Assembly: GCA_037447605.1 (NCBI GenBank) | Contig: CM074808.1 | Coordinates: 3,658,001-3,722,000, forward strand | Source: Zygnema circumcarinatum SAG 698-1b | Taxonomy: Eukaryota; Plantae; Zygnematophyceae | Length of the DNA stretch: 64,000 nt | Direction: 5' to 3' | Part shown: one piece after another, positions 24,703-36,985 of the stretch | How positions within the stretch are numbered: the stretch's first letter is position 1 | How the letters are laid out: every line of letters starts with the position of its first letter | Translations under genes and position numbers: made by a program | Notes under the pieces: generated by a model | The model's input: the letters and a program-made list of their open reading frames with translations, nothing else | Database searches by the model: none | What the model was told of the DNA's origin: nothing

Positions 24703-25820
24703 ATGGCCGAGGAGGAGAAGCCGTTCTTCTTAAACTTCATTTTTTTTAGGTTAATTTTATTAGCGGCTGCATTGGGAGGCGTTTTGTTGAGCTTTAGGGC
24801 GCTGGATGGGCCCGGTAAGCAGGTCTACTCCTCTGCTTAAAAAAAAATTGCCGCTTTAAATAAAGGGTAAAAAATCATTTGATAGATGCGTGGCTTCCAT
24901 CTATTGATCTTAAAAAATTAATGGAAATTAATTTTCGTTGTTTTTTTTCAATTTGTTGTTTCCTTTGCAGGTCATGTCCTGACAAACAGCGAGTTCTCGT
25001 CCTACGCGTGGCGGATACTTTCTGGACTCAAATTTGAAAAGAAAATTTCTGCATCCAAAAACACGGCTGAAATACTGACAGATTTTGACGAGCAATGTGG
25101 CGACAATGCCGCCGATGTTCACTCCACATCTGAGCTTCTTGAACCGCTCTTGAACCTTCAGGATGATGATGAAGCTGAAGCCAAACAAAGGGCTTTGCTT
25201 GTGCTTGAAAGCGTCGGAAAAACGATGGATGCTCTCAATTCCAGCATCCAAACATTGCTGCAGGCGGTCGAGGCTTGGAATACCCTAAAAAAATTGATTC
25301 ATTTGCAGGCAGACCGGGCATTCAGTCAGCTTGAAGATGGCATGAAAAAGAGAGAAGGCGCTGATAAGGACGCAGGGGAAGTGATAAAGAGAGAGACGTT
25401 ATCGAATAGCTTTTTGAAAGTGAAGGAGGGAGTCGTGAGGGACTTGGAGAGAGAGCGGGAGTTTTGGAAGTTTGGGAGGGGGGTTGGGAAGGGGGAGACA
25501 AAGAGTTTTGGGCGCTGTAATGAGGCTGGAGATGGGGACATGTATTTTCGATCTTCGCGAATTTTGACTTGGCAAGCGCAGGAAAATAGGTATATAACCC
25601 CCTCCCCCTTCCCCCCCCTCTTTTTTTCATTCTTTTTTGCGTTGCTTGAAATGTTTGGAGCTCCTTCTAATGTTGTTGAAACCTCGTCGCATTCTGCACT
25701 TGTGTGAAGTTGTCGGCGAGAAGAGGGAGGGAAGAAAGGGAGAGATTGGAAGAGAGAGGAGAGAGTGGAAGAAAGTGGAGGCGCGGGAGAAGAGAGAGAG
25801 AGAGATAGCCAGAGAGAGAG

Positions 25821-25860
<40 letters not shown>

Positions 25861-28455
25861 GAGAGAGCGTAGAGAGAGAAATAGAGAGAGATAGAGTGAG
25901 GTAGAGTTATAAAGAGAGAGGGGGTGGGGAGGGGACAGTAGAGGGAATGCAAGGTGCGGGAGAGAAGGGAGGTAGAGAGCGGGAGAGAGGTAGAGGTTAT
26001 TAACTTGCTGTTGGGGAGGATGTGGAGTGGACAGGTATCTTTTGGCGCTTTGTAAGACAGGGCAGATGAGCAACCGCCTCACCTGCCTGCAGTCGTACAT
26101 CGCCTTTTCAGCACTTCTGAATCGGACGCTTATTGTTCCGGAAGATGATTTATCCCCAGATACAAAGTACAATATGACTGCTATCGTTGATATCCCGCAC
26201 GCGCAAAGGTGTGTAGGTGATCGAAATATTGTTAGCGTTCGGGAGTATTTGGAAAAAAGGAATGAATCCTCAGTGAACGTAAAGGTGAAAACTTTATGGC
26301 CTTGTTGGAAGTTGCATGGCTTTATAGTATGTTATGATATGCAATTGGATATGAGCACTAGTAACCTTATAAATTATCGAGTTGAAATTTGTGATTCTTC
26401 TGCATCGCACAACTGAATATGCCCTGTTGGTGTCTCCTGCTGTGTGATTTAAGATGCTAGAAAAGAACTTCGAATTCTGTAACTTTTGGACCCAAGAGAT
26501 CAGTGTAAATCTTTAGTTGGAAGTGACAGTTCGTAAATCGAACTCAAGCAGATATGCAGTGAATTGTTCTAAGTCTTCTATCATTTTGCACGATCATAGA
26601 GCTTCTTGATGTTCTTTACTAAGTAGTACTTTCACTGTTGAAAAAGATTTAGTGCAGAAAAATCTCAATCGACAGAACATTTGTTATCCAACTCACACAT
26701 TCTTTATTTAGAGAAACAAACAAATCAGTCAATTATAGTCTAGTCTAATCTAGTCTAGTCAGTCATCTTCTACTTTTTCATCACATGCAAGTTTTCCATG
26801 CTTGGCAGATTTTCTGCCTGCACGACAAATCATGCGGGGATTGGCTGGCGTGGCAAACATCAATGCGAGATTTGAACAAAAGCTTTGCAATAAGCATCGA
26901 CGGAACGCCCGAGGGGGCCAAAATGTCACATGACAGTTCAGAGGGCGTCTTTTTGGACGTGTATGGAAAGCTTTCTGATAAGGTTATAAGGTGCTCAAAA
27001 TGCACACCTCTTTTTTCCTCCAAGAAACTTCAGCACAAGCTATCCTTATAATTCGAGTATCTTGTGGTGTTTGGGGCTTGTTTTATCTCGTTATTGAAGC
27101 TGACATTGTATGCTTCTACTTGAAGTTACTGGCACACTTTTTTCCTTTCATTCACTCTCTGTCGATTTTCCCTTTCTCTTTGCTTCTTATGTATTGCTTA
27201 CAGCTTCGGAGAGATGGTTTTTTTCGGTTACCTGCATCATCCCCATATGATGTTCCTGCGCACATTGCCGAACGGTCCCATCAGTCTCAAAGACCCTTCA
27301 TGCAAACTTCTCCTGCAAGTGAGTCCTTCCTTTTCCGTGGATTAAACACTTTTAGTATTGAAAAGAACATGAAAAGGAACAGTGTTACTCCTTGCTGTTG
27401 TACTTTTACGCATCTCGTACTCTGCAGGATCACTTGTCCCTAGAAGGAAAGGCCCTCAATGTGAGGGACTATCTGTTTCCATGTGTTTGGTAAATCAAAA
27501 CTGAAACTGAGGAAAGCCAAGGTGGCATGGAACTGGGAGCTGTGACTGGGCAGCCGGATCAGGCCATTCTGCAAACTGCAGAGAACATCGCTCAGAGCTT
27601 TCTGTCAGAGGACTATGCGGCAATGCATCTTCGAAGAGGAGATTTTTTCTCGTTTTGCACGCGAAAAAGAGCTGCCAGGGACTGCTACAAGCCACTCAGC
27701 GAGCTCGCCAGCTGTTTCGCCGCAAAGCTGAATGTCCTCGATAGGTGAGAGAGCGATGCCAATGTTGGAATGAACAGATCTATCGATAGACATCTAACAG
27801 TTCAGCACGTTAGGGTTTTTTTCTTAGTATTTTTTGTTTTCTGACTGTTTTCGTGTTGTTTTTATCTTCAAAATGTTGCGTGTTTAGAAGTGTGAAGACG
27901 GTCTACTTAGCCACCAACGGGGGGAAGGATGAGTTGGAGTACTTTCAAGCCGCGGTCCTTGTGAGAGAACTGCTCTCCTTCCTTCCTTCCTTCCTTCCTC
28001 CCCATCTTTGAGCTTCCCATACCTCTCTATCTATGAAGCTCGAGGACCATTGGTTGGTCCATGCAGACATGCAAAACATGCCCCATGATCGCATTTTGTT
28101 TAACACGACCATCATCATCATCATCTTCCTCATGCTTCCTTCTAACTATGTACTGTCTTACCATCCCAATATTGTTATTGTAATCTTTCTTTGTTTCCAG
28201 GCGAGCGCACATGGCAACTACACGTTCTTAACGCTGCAAGACGTGTGGAGTTCGGAGGCAGTTCGGCCCCTCAAGGAGAGGAATTGGCACGAGCGGGAGG
28301 AGGCCCAGGCCATGGTCGATAAAATTTTGGCCTCCAAGGGGCGCGCCTTCACGGGGGCGCGCGGGTCCACTTTTTCGGAGCACATCGTCCGCTTAAGGGC
28401 GGCGGCGGGCACCGCCACCTGCTGGGACGAGCTGGGTTGTACGGCTGGCGGTTGA
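24703..28455 (+). CDS. O-fucosyltransferase family (PF10250-like, GT-B) type II membrane protein; exons include 24703-24814, 24971-25589, 26035-, last 28201-28455
   Basis: N-terminal TM anchor FIFFRLILLAAALGGVLLSF, coiled stem, RYLLALCKTGQMSNRLTCL, AMHLRRGDF, VYLATN, and FTGARGSTFSEHIVRLR. The junctions checked are in phase. Confidence 0.8.
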
Positions 28456-28630
28456 GGTTGTACGGAGGGTGGTTGGGATTGCACAGGTGACGGTTGGGAT
28501 TGTACGGACAGTGGTTGAGAGTGTACGTGGTGGTTGATAGTGTACGGATTATGGTTGAGAATGTACGGAATAAGGTTGAGATTGTACGGCGAATTTTGTA
28601 TGAGTTCTGGTTGAGTTTGTACGGTGTATA
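28451..28630. repeat. Degenerate minisatellite with units of about 21 bp (GGTTGAGATTGTACGG core)
   Basis: About 8 tandem variants start at the O-FucT stop codon. Confidence 0.8.
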
Positions 28631-29840
28631 GTTGAGTTTGTCCGGTATGCGATTTTTGGTTTTTAGGGTTTGTAAGCGCAGGAAACCACAAACCAGAAAC
28701 CGGAAGTCGAAAACCAGCGCTCAAGTTTCTTATGTCACGTCACGCTTGGCTAAACTCGCTGTACCGGTAGCTTGAACATCGCTGTCGTGCTAATTGACAA
28801 ACATTTTCGGGCAGCCGCCAAATGTTTGCGACATGGGGCTGGCGTCGCAAACTTTCTGCTCGGGCAGGCGGGAGTTCTTGACCTCTCCCTCTCTCTCCTT
28901 GTAGCGGGGCGGGCGGCTCCTCCGCCCCTTGTATAGTATGGACCATGGTAGCTTGGGAGACGGGGACTGCCCGTTTTGAAAATCTGCCCGTGATCCACGG
29001 TCTGCCCGTCATAAGAAAACGTGCCACGTTTGGTGGCGTGTGAATGTGCGATGACGTCATCACAAACGCTGCTGGTGTCAGCAAGTTTTCAGGTTTGCCG
29101 GTTAAACACTACTACCCTGCTGCAGCATCACCCAATAGGGATTTGCCACGTAGTCATTTGTCCAACGTGGAGTGCTCTAATTGAAGGGTGCGTTCCAGGG
29201 GGGGGAATAATCCAAATGTAGCCGATTCTTGTATTAGTTTGAGGATTTTTCGAATACAATTTTGAAGGGTGTTTTTCAACCTTCAATCAAAGATGAACAT
29301 TTTCATTATAACCCTATTCCTGACTGCAAAAGAAATGAAAAAAAAAGGGGAGGGAAAGAAATTGATGGTGGCACAAGTCCAAGGATTTTTGTTCTTCTTT
29401 TCACATGTCAAAGTGATGGGCAGCCAAATCAGTCAGAAGCGTCCCAAACAGTTGAACTGGCTCGCCGTTCACTGTAACGGAACAGTGCGGGGCATTTCAA
29501 CACATGTGACGGCACTAAGGGAGCTCCGAGCTGCAGCTTCAAGGGGCGGCCTTCACTAGGATCCTCTTCAGGCTCCAGATCTAAATCAAAACTCTACAAA
29601 TCGCTAATGGAAAAAAAAAAAAAAAAATGAGAAATAATTCAATGAGCAGGGTTTAGACCCAGCACGCGTGCTCTTCGCTAACCTAAAACCCTTGCCCCCA
29701 TGGATTATTTAGACGATAGTACGCCTAAAACCTTAGAAACAATTTGAAGTTAATGAGGTGGGCTTCTTTCTTTTCTACCCCCAATGAGGGGGTTCATTAT
29801 CTGCTTTGTCGCTATATGGATCTTCTCCAAAAAGAAGAAA

Positions 29841-30997
29841 TCAGGGAGCTTTCCAAGGAAGGGGAACCTCAAAGGGAAGCCAACTCCAGCTCCGAACATC
29901 GTTTGTGGTTGTGGGAGGAGGATCCACATTAGTTGGGCGTTCAATGGCTTCCGGTGGAGGAGGAGATGGGGGAGGGGGAGAGGGAGAGGGGGGAGGAGGA
30001 GAGGGAGGAGGGGGAGGGGGCGATGGAGGAGGGGGAGGGGGAGAGGGAGGAGGGGGAGGGNNNNNNNNNNGGGAGGGAGGAGGGGGAGGGGGAGAGGGAG
30101 GGGGAGGGGACGAGGGAGGGGGGGGAGAAGCCTCAGGCGGAGGGGGAGAGGGTGGGGGAGGGGAGGGAGAGAGTGGAGGGGGGGATTCTGCGGGGGGTGA
30201 AGGAGGCGGAGGAGGAATATTAGCAGCCCAGGAGTAGACCATGTAGTTATTCCTATATTCCATCATAGTGTTCCGCTGGTCGTCTGAGAGAACCTTATCC
30301 CAGGGATTGCGTATAGTAACGTCACTACAATCAGGATTAGGGGTAACCGGGTCGGTACCGCATGCGTTGAACTCGAAATCTTTGTATGAAGCTGAGAAGG
30401 GCTCATAGCTGTAGTCGGACTGAAAACAAGAAACAAGCGAAACTTGCACAATAGCTCAAACATCTGAAAAGTAGGAGTAGAATGCTCAGAATAGAATTGA
30501 ACGAAGAACAGTAAGAAGGTGCAAAATGAACCCTAAAATGATTCAAGGCTTACCTTAATGTCTCCGTTTTCTGTTGCCCATTGAGAGCCATCCCAAATGC
30601 TCCCGTACGCATACATGGGCTGATGGATGCTCTCATCCGACCAGGGGTCGGACGGGTCGAATCGAATCTCACGGAGAGGGATATCATCGATAGAAATGCT
30701 GCATGCATGCCACGTGCTGGAGGGTTAGGCTCACTCTGTCACGTGGGAGAGGGAGAGAGACGGGGCGGAGATGCGGGGAGCGCGCAGGGAAGAGCTGGAA
30801 GAGGGAGGAGAGAGGAGCAGGAAAAGGAGAGGGAGAAGGGAACGGTAGTGGTAGCAAAGCCAGAGGGAGCAGGAGATGAAGAAAGAAAGAAAGAAAGGAC
30901 TGGAAGGGGAGGCGGTGAGGGCTCTGTAGATGTTGAGGAGAAAGAAAGGGAGGGACAGATGCAGGAGCAGGAGAGCATGCGCGAACAACGCAAGGAG

Positions 30998-31057
<60 letters not shown>

Positions 31058-32665
31058 GTACATGACGTTGAGCCAGTTCCATGTGATGGTGTACTTGTGG
31101 TAGTCCGCTGAGGGGTCAAACCAGAGGTGGAACTGCTCCTCGTGTCCGCCCACGCCCTGAGCGAAGTAGTTCGTGTGAAGCTTGATCTTGGTCGGCTCCG
31201 TGTGGCCCAAAAACTCGAGATCAAGCTCGTCGTGGGTCTCCCAGTCGCCCTTGGAGATCATCTGCAAGCGGGAGGGAGGGAGGGGGAGGGAAAGGAGGAG
31301 AGAGGGAGGGAGGGAGGGAGGGCAGACGAAGAGAGCGTCAAGGGCTGCGTGCGGCTTCGCTCCCGCATCTCTCACACTATTCTCTCTAGCTGTGTCCCTC
31401 TCATTCGCTTTTTCCCTCGTGCTCTCTTCTCTCCCTCCCATCATCCCACTCTCTCCCCACTCCCCATTCCGCACTGAAGCAGTTAAGACAACCCCATGAG
31501 TAGACACAGTTTTCTGTTCGGCATAACGGAACGGTAGGACTTACATAGAGGGTGGAGACTATGCCGGCGGAAAAGCCTGAAGGGAGCTTAATGTAAGCCG
31601 TAAATTCTCCGTGCAGATATTCATATTTGCTTCCCCAAATTCCACCTGCATGCAGAGATAAGACGATAACTTTCTAAGTATCAGTTATCTTCTTAGCTTA
31701 AGATTACTTTTGATACCGTTTGGAAGCAGGCAATCAAGATAAAAGGACTCAAACAGAAAAATAGAATTGCAATTCGACTGACTCCACTTTTGAATTCCTT
31801 TCCTTTTCTTCGATAAATCGCATTTCACAGCAATACCTTAATACACGCAATACTATAAAAAATACGAATTTCAGAAAAACCACCACCTTCGGCTTAAAAA
31901 TAATTCCGATATTTTTGTGCTTTTAATATCTCGATGCGGGCGTTCGGACCCAAACCGTACACCTCTAAAACACTGAAAATCTTCCGAACGAAAACCCATC
32001 CCTCCTCCCTCTTCCCACCTGTCCCTCTGCTTCTTCTCTCTCTGTCTGTCGCTCCCTCTCCTCCTTATTTCTCTCCCTCCTCGCCTACCTCCCGTTCACC
32101 ATTGCGAGTTGGCGACCTACCTCCCTCTTCCTCCCTCCCTCCGCTCTTCTACACTCGCCCTCCCCTCCCCTCTCCCTCCCTCCCCTCTCTCCTCCTCCCT
32201 CTTCGTCCCCTACCTCTTCTGCCCCATTGCGAGTTGGCTACCTCCCTCCCTCTCCCGCCCTCCCATCCCTCCCCACTCCCACCCTCCCCTCTGCCTCCCC
32301 CTGCCTCCCTTCCCTTACCCCTCTCTCTATTCCTCCCTCTCCCTCCCCTCTTCTAACCTCCCCCCTCTCCCTCATCCTCCCTCTCCTCTCCCTCATCCTC
32401 CCTCTCCCTCTCCTCTCCCTCTTCATCCCTCTCCCTCATCCTCCCTCTCCCTCATCCTCCCTCTCCTCTCCCTCTTCATCCCTCTCCCTCTCCCTGCCTC
32501 ACCTCCATAGCTCCACTGCGATATGGTCACCGCCCTGTTCTCCTCGTCCACATCGACCTGGTTCGGCACGCTCCCCGCCACCCAGATCGCGTCACTCAGC
32601 GATCCCGCGCGCGCCCTCGCCACCGCCGCCAACAGCACCGCCGCGAAGACCAGGACCTGCGCCAT
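29841..32665 (-). CDS. XTH: Xyloglucan endotransglucosylase/hydrolase-like (GH16) with C-terminal Ser-Pro(n) extensin-like tail, 5 exons
   Basis: Signal peptide [18 protein letters not shown]; [29 protein letters not shown]; catalytic [10 protein letters not shown]; [18 protein letters not shown]; [16 protein letters not shown]; [14 protein letters not shown]; then SPPPP repeats spanning an N gap. Confidence 0.9.
30061..30070. other. Assembly gap (10 N) inside the XTH Pro-rich tail
   Basis: NNNNNNNNNN in the sequence; the true tail length and frame across the gap are uncertain. Confidence 1.
30998..31055. repeat. (GA)n microsatellite in an XTH intron
   Basis: Long GA run. Confidence 0.95.
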
Positions 32666-33709
32666 CCTCTCTCCTCCACTGAGAGATCGGAGAGAGAGAG
32701 TGAGGGAGAGAGAGAGAGAGCTAGGCACGAAGGCGAAAGCCACTTAGGAGGGCCCTTCAGACACCATATACTGCGCTACAAGGAGAAGTCGTAGTAGTAT
32801 TATATTATATTAACCCCTCGCTCTCCCCCCTCTCGTTCTCTCTCTCCCTGCCTCCCCCACACCATGGCGGCGGCCCCGACCGACCAACGGCTCGCCGTGG
32901 CGGCCGCGGCTGACAGCCCCCCGACCAATGGGAGGGCTTGTACGAACGGGCCTGGCAGGGGGGAGACCGTACAGGGGACCTGTACGAACACGTCGCGACG
33001 CCCAGCGGCAACGGCGCCTACGGGAGGAATCAGCGGGCAGGGAAAAAATTGGTTAAAAATGTTTAACGGAAGTTTTCGGGCAGATTGGGCGTTGGGCAAT
33101 TAGAGGGTGACTAGCGGGGAGACCAGGAATGAGGTTATTCTCGGGAGTTGTTTCTTACGGGCAGCGAAGCCGTTGAACGGTATGATTCCGGAACGGCTCA
33201 GCCGCAGAAAAACGCAGATTTGGACTGGACAGGAACTGACCACGGGCAGGTGAAACCTTTCCTTGTTGTCTACCCGTACAACGTAGAAGCATTTTCATTG
33301 GCTGATCCAATTGCGGGCACGTACGAAACTCTGCTTTTTGCTGACAGGATTTTACTGTACGGAAAATGTCTTTTGTCGTTTAGGGGTGCCAAGAACCGCT
33401 ACAGTCGCTACAGCCAGCCGGGACCACTTACGGTCCTGAGACTCAAAGCTGTAGCTATCATGCCACGTGGCACCATTCCGTGAGATGCGGAGGTTCCACC
33501 AATCGGGTTCCACTACCCGTTGACCCAGAAAGCGCCGGAGAATACGACACGTGGCAAGGGCTTGTCCTGTTCCCATCCTGTCAAGTCCCTGTGCTCACTA
33601 CAGACAAATCATTCGTACATATTCTATTTTTGGACCGTACTGGTTTGTCTTTTATCAACTACAGTAGGACCCCATCATATTTTCCACCTCCAAAAGTGCG
33701 TCACCAATA

Positions 33710-33986
33710 GGGGGAGTCAGACCTTGACCAGCGCCAAACCAATTCCGCGAGCCCGTCGGGCCAATTCCGCGTTGTACGGCAGGCCTTTTTCGCCAAAAGT
33801 GGACGTTCGACAGGCTCGGGCGCCGAGCCTGTATCTCATTTTTGTAACCTATTTCGAAGTACGGACGGGACAGACAGGTTCGGGGGGAGCCGCGGTTTCC
33901 GAACCGAATTCTGCAATCGAAATCAATACCTTTCCGCCGGCGGAATCTTTCAATTCCGCGGGCGATGGTCAAGGTCTGACTCCCCC
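33710..33986. mobile_element. 277-bp MITE, copy 2
   Basis: Same TIR and length as 17096-17372; TA flanks. Confidence 0.92.
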
Positions 33987-33997
33987 TAATAAATTCG

Positions 33998-35053
33998 GGA
34001 AAATGATACAGCAGCCCCACTTCTTGGATATCGGCGCCCCCTTTTGGGAAAAAATGTACTTTTTTTTTTTGGCTAATTACCCCCCCCCCTTGGATCTTTC
34101 GGGAGGAGAGATCTTGTAGACAATCGGACCCCGCGCCTCGCGCGCAGGATCCGACTGTGCACCGACGTACGGCGCCGCACATCGCGGCGTGGCCCGCGAG
34201 ATGCGGCGAGCCTACGGAAAAGTTGTCCTCACCTGACCCGTTTGGGTCGAGGTTGCCACGTGGCAGTCTGCCATTGGACAGCCCTGCTGCCGGTCCCCCA
34301 TGCCCATACAGTGGACCCCCATAATATTTTCGACATGGTTTCGGCAAATACTGGGCGAAAATATTGTAATTTGCAAATATAAGGTCCGTGTTACCAATAG
34401 GCGAGCGGTATTATGTTAGAGTTCATGTCTGTTCGTATGTATCGTATCGTATCGTATCGTAGCGTATCGTATCGTGATTTAAATACACGAGCTCCTATTG
34501 GTGCCGTACGTATATCGTACGACTCAGAGATTTTATTCGTACTTACCGTACAGCGTAAAAGCGTGACCCATGTTTGAAATCCGTTTCGATTAACAGATTT
34601 ATTATTGGAGAATAGGTCAGGTTAGGTTAACACCCCTAATACGTTAACATTGAGTTACCGTACAAAAAGGTGGTTTCGGCAAAATTGGGGCAAATTTCTT
34701 GGGGACGTACTGTACAAGGTGGAAAATATTATGGGGGTCCACTGTATCGGCATGGGGGACCGGCAGCAGGGCTGTCCTATGGCAGACTGCCACGTGGCAA
34801 CCTCTGACCCAAACGGGTCAGGTGAGGACAACTTTTCCGTAGGCTCGCCGCATCTCGCGGGCCACGCCGCGATGCGCGGCGCCGTACGTCGGTGCACAGT
34901 CGGATCCTGCGCGCGAGGCGCGGGGTCCGATTGTCTACAAGATCTCTCCTCCCGAAAGATCCAAGGGGGGGGTTGATTAGCCAAAAAAAAAGTACAATTT
35001 TTCCCAAAAGGGGGCGCCGATATCCAAAAGGTGGGGCCGCTGTATCATTTTCC
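33998..35053. mobile_element. MULE-like foldback element (arms of about 310 bp) with 8-bp TSD TAAATTCG
   Basis: 33998-34308 is the near-perfect reverse complement of 34745-35053. Termini GGAAAATGATACAGC / GCTGTATCATTTTCC. TAAATTCG at 33990-33997 and 35054-35061. Confidence 0.88.
34309..34744 (+). mobile_element. 436-bp Tc1/mariner-like MITE inserted at the foldback centre
   Basis: 23-bp TIR CAGTGGACCCCCATAATATTTTC / GAAAATATTATGGGGGTCCACTG, TA TSD, internal (TCGTA)n as in 1740-2258. Confidence 0.9.
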
Positions 35054-35174
35054 TAAATTCGCACCAATTTTGCCGAAACCACTTTTTTGTACGGTAACTT
35101 TGTGTTATCCGTACTATTCGTACTATTCGTACTAGCCGTACTCGCCGTACTAGCTGTACTACAGTAGTCGTCAC

Positions 35175-36039
35175 CAGGGCTCGTCAAATAGGGGAGATCC
35201 CCTAAATATCGTAAATAGCTTATTTATGTACGATTTTGAGATTAGTTTACGTGATTTCAACTTAAATACCACACAAGCCCCAAAAAAGCATTTTTTTGGT
35301 TAAAAACAAAAAGGAAATGAATTGCATTTGCAACCATGATAGCAATGATGTATATGACCTTTACTTGTTGGTATAACAACACGGCTTTAGAAACTGGTGC
35401 AAACTCTTCGACTCTTATAGATTGGTAAATTTTACCAATCAATTAGAACAACTGTGCATTTGGCAATCACAACATATAGTTGCTTATTCAAAAACCCAAT
35501 TGTTCGAAAACTTTGTAGATCCAATCCTAAGCTCTCTATTTCCTTTTCCATCCATCATTAATTACTCCCAAGTATCACTTTAGAATCCATCATAGTCTTG
35601 AAATTTCCTCACAAAAACTCTATTCCAAATCATAACCTCTGAAATTCTAGGTGTAGTCACAAAAGAAAAACTGAAATAGGAACTAAAATTAGAAATGAAA
35701 TGAAAAATGGTCTCACTCCCTTAGGAGTTTTAGGCTGAACAAGACAGCTATAGAAGTGATGCAAACTACTCAAAGAGACCCTCGAAGAGCGGTCAAACTA
35801 TCAAACTGTTTGCAGTGAAGAATGCCTTCCAATGAAAAGTCTGTCAACCTCTTTCGAAACTCGTCTTTCTCCCATCCAATTACTGAAAAATCAGACTCGA
35901 CGGTAGCAGTGTTGGGAAATAATAAACGTCCGTACGTGCACGGTTTCGTCCGTACAGTCCATATTTACGTGTTTTTACAAAACCAAGTTAGGGGACAGTC
36001 CCCTATCTTAAGCCGAAATCCCCTATTTGAAGAGGCCTG
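35175..36039 (-). mobile_element. 865-bp internally deleted hAT element with transposase C-terminal remnant
   Basis: TIR CAGGGCTCGTCAAATAGGGGA / TCCCCTATTTGAAGAGGCCTG; 8-bp TSD GTCGTCAC (35167-35174, 36040-36047). Minus-strand 35770-35919 encodes FPNTATVESDFSVIGWEKDEFRKRLTDFSLEGILHCKQF, a hAT dimerisation-domain-like motif. Confidence 0.88.
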
Positions 36040-36394
36040 GTCGTCACGGGCTTACGCAAAACTCACCCAATCTCCCCGCAACTGCCGTCGTCTTGGATTC
36101 GATACGATACGACACGATACGACACGATACGATATGGATCGATACGGTACTGTCCGTACTATCCGTACGAGCTCTAATAGCGATATGACAGCAAACGATA
36201 CGATACGATACGTACGAACATACATGAACTCTAACATAATTCCGCTCACCTATTGGTAACACGGACCTTATATTTGCCAAAAACAATATTTTTGCCGGAT
36301 ATTTGCTAAAACAAGGTGGAAAATATGATGGGGTCCTACTGTAGCTATGGAGTACCGTAAAATCGACCATGTTGAGAAACATGTTGTTGTTGTT

Positions 36395-36497
36395 GTTTTA
36401 TCTTTTGTGCCTAGGTCCTTTGCGGCCAGTCCCTCGTGGTTCCACATGCTGCTTTTGTTCATGTGCATTTGATGGCCTCGCCATCGTGAGTGCAATG
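36395..36497 (+). repeat. Copy 2 of the 100-bp dispersed repeat, next to a (GTT)n tract
   Basis: High similarity to 46206-46312; preceded by GTTGTTGTTGTT (an (AAC)n tail on the minus strand). Confidence 0.75.
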
Positions 36498-36509
36498 CGA
36501 TTCCTTCCC

Positions 36510-36985
36510 TGTTGAGAAATTGTTAAACGAGTTAACTTAATTTGTCAATTCTCAATCTTGTTGAATAGGGCTGAACATTGAACACTCGAGGTCGATTATT
36601 TTTCGATTTAAGAAACCGAAAAGTTTTAAAGGAAAAAGTTCAAAGACTCAATTGGTTCAGTCGCACGTGGGAATTCCAGTTTTTGCCACGTTGGGTCCGT
36701 GCGATTCGAGAGATCCGGTTAACCCGGGTTAGCCCAGTTTTGCAGTACTGTACTGCAGGACAATTCCCGCGAGGCGATCAACAATTTCTGTACAAAATAC
36801 CGGGTCCACGCGCTTTGCGGTCCTTCAAAATCTCATTATCGATAGGTGGACCCAAGGAAAACTCAAATTGAACACGAACGATAATTAATTGTTCTATGTT
36901 CAATTGGTTCTCCGTAAAAATTGTATGAGAAAAAAAAATAGAGATTCTAATGAGAGATGAATCGTGTTCACAAATATTCGGTTTT
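36510..36985 (-). repeat. Dispersed repeat of about 470 bp, inverted copy of 810-1285
   Basis: See 810-1285. Confidence 0.75.

Larger units (their letters stand above)
33662..36341 (-). mobile_element. Host Tc1/mariner-like MITE (family of 1740-2258, reversed) carrying nested insertions
   Basis: Perfect 28-bp TIR CAGTAGGACCCCATCATATTTTCCACCT / AGGTGGAAAATATGATGGGGTCCTACTG with TA flanks. Removing the insertions restores sequence collinear with the other family copies. Confidence 0.85.

Noticed and set aside
28218-28724. 168-aa minus ORF with SVQSQPP repeats
   Set aside because: Antisense reading of the 21-bp minisatellite and the last O-FucT exon.
33520-34347. ORFs of 199-230 aa repeated in part at 17026-17418 and 34650-34984
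   Set aside because: They run across MITE and foldback junctions in GC-rich non-coding repeats; no transposase motifs.
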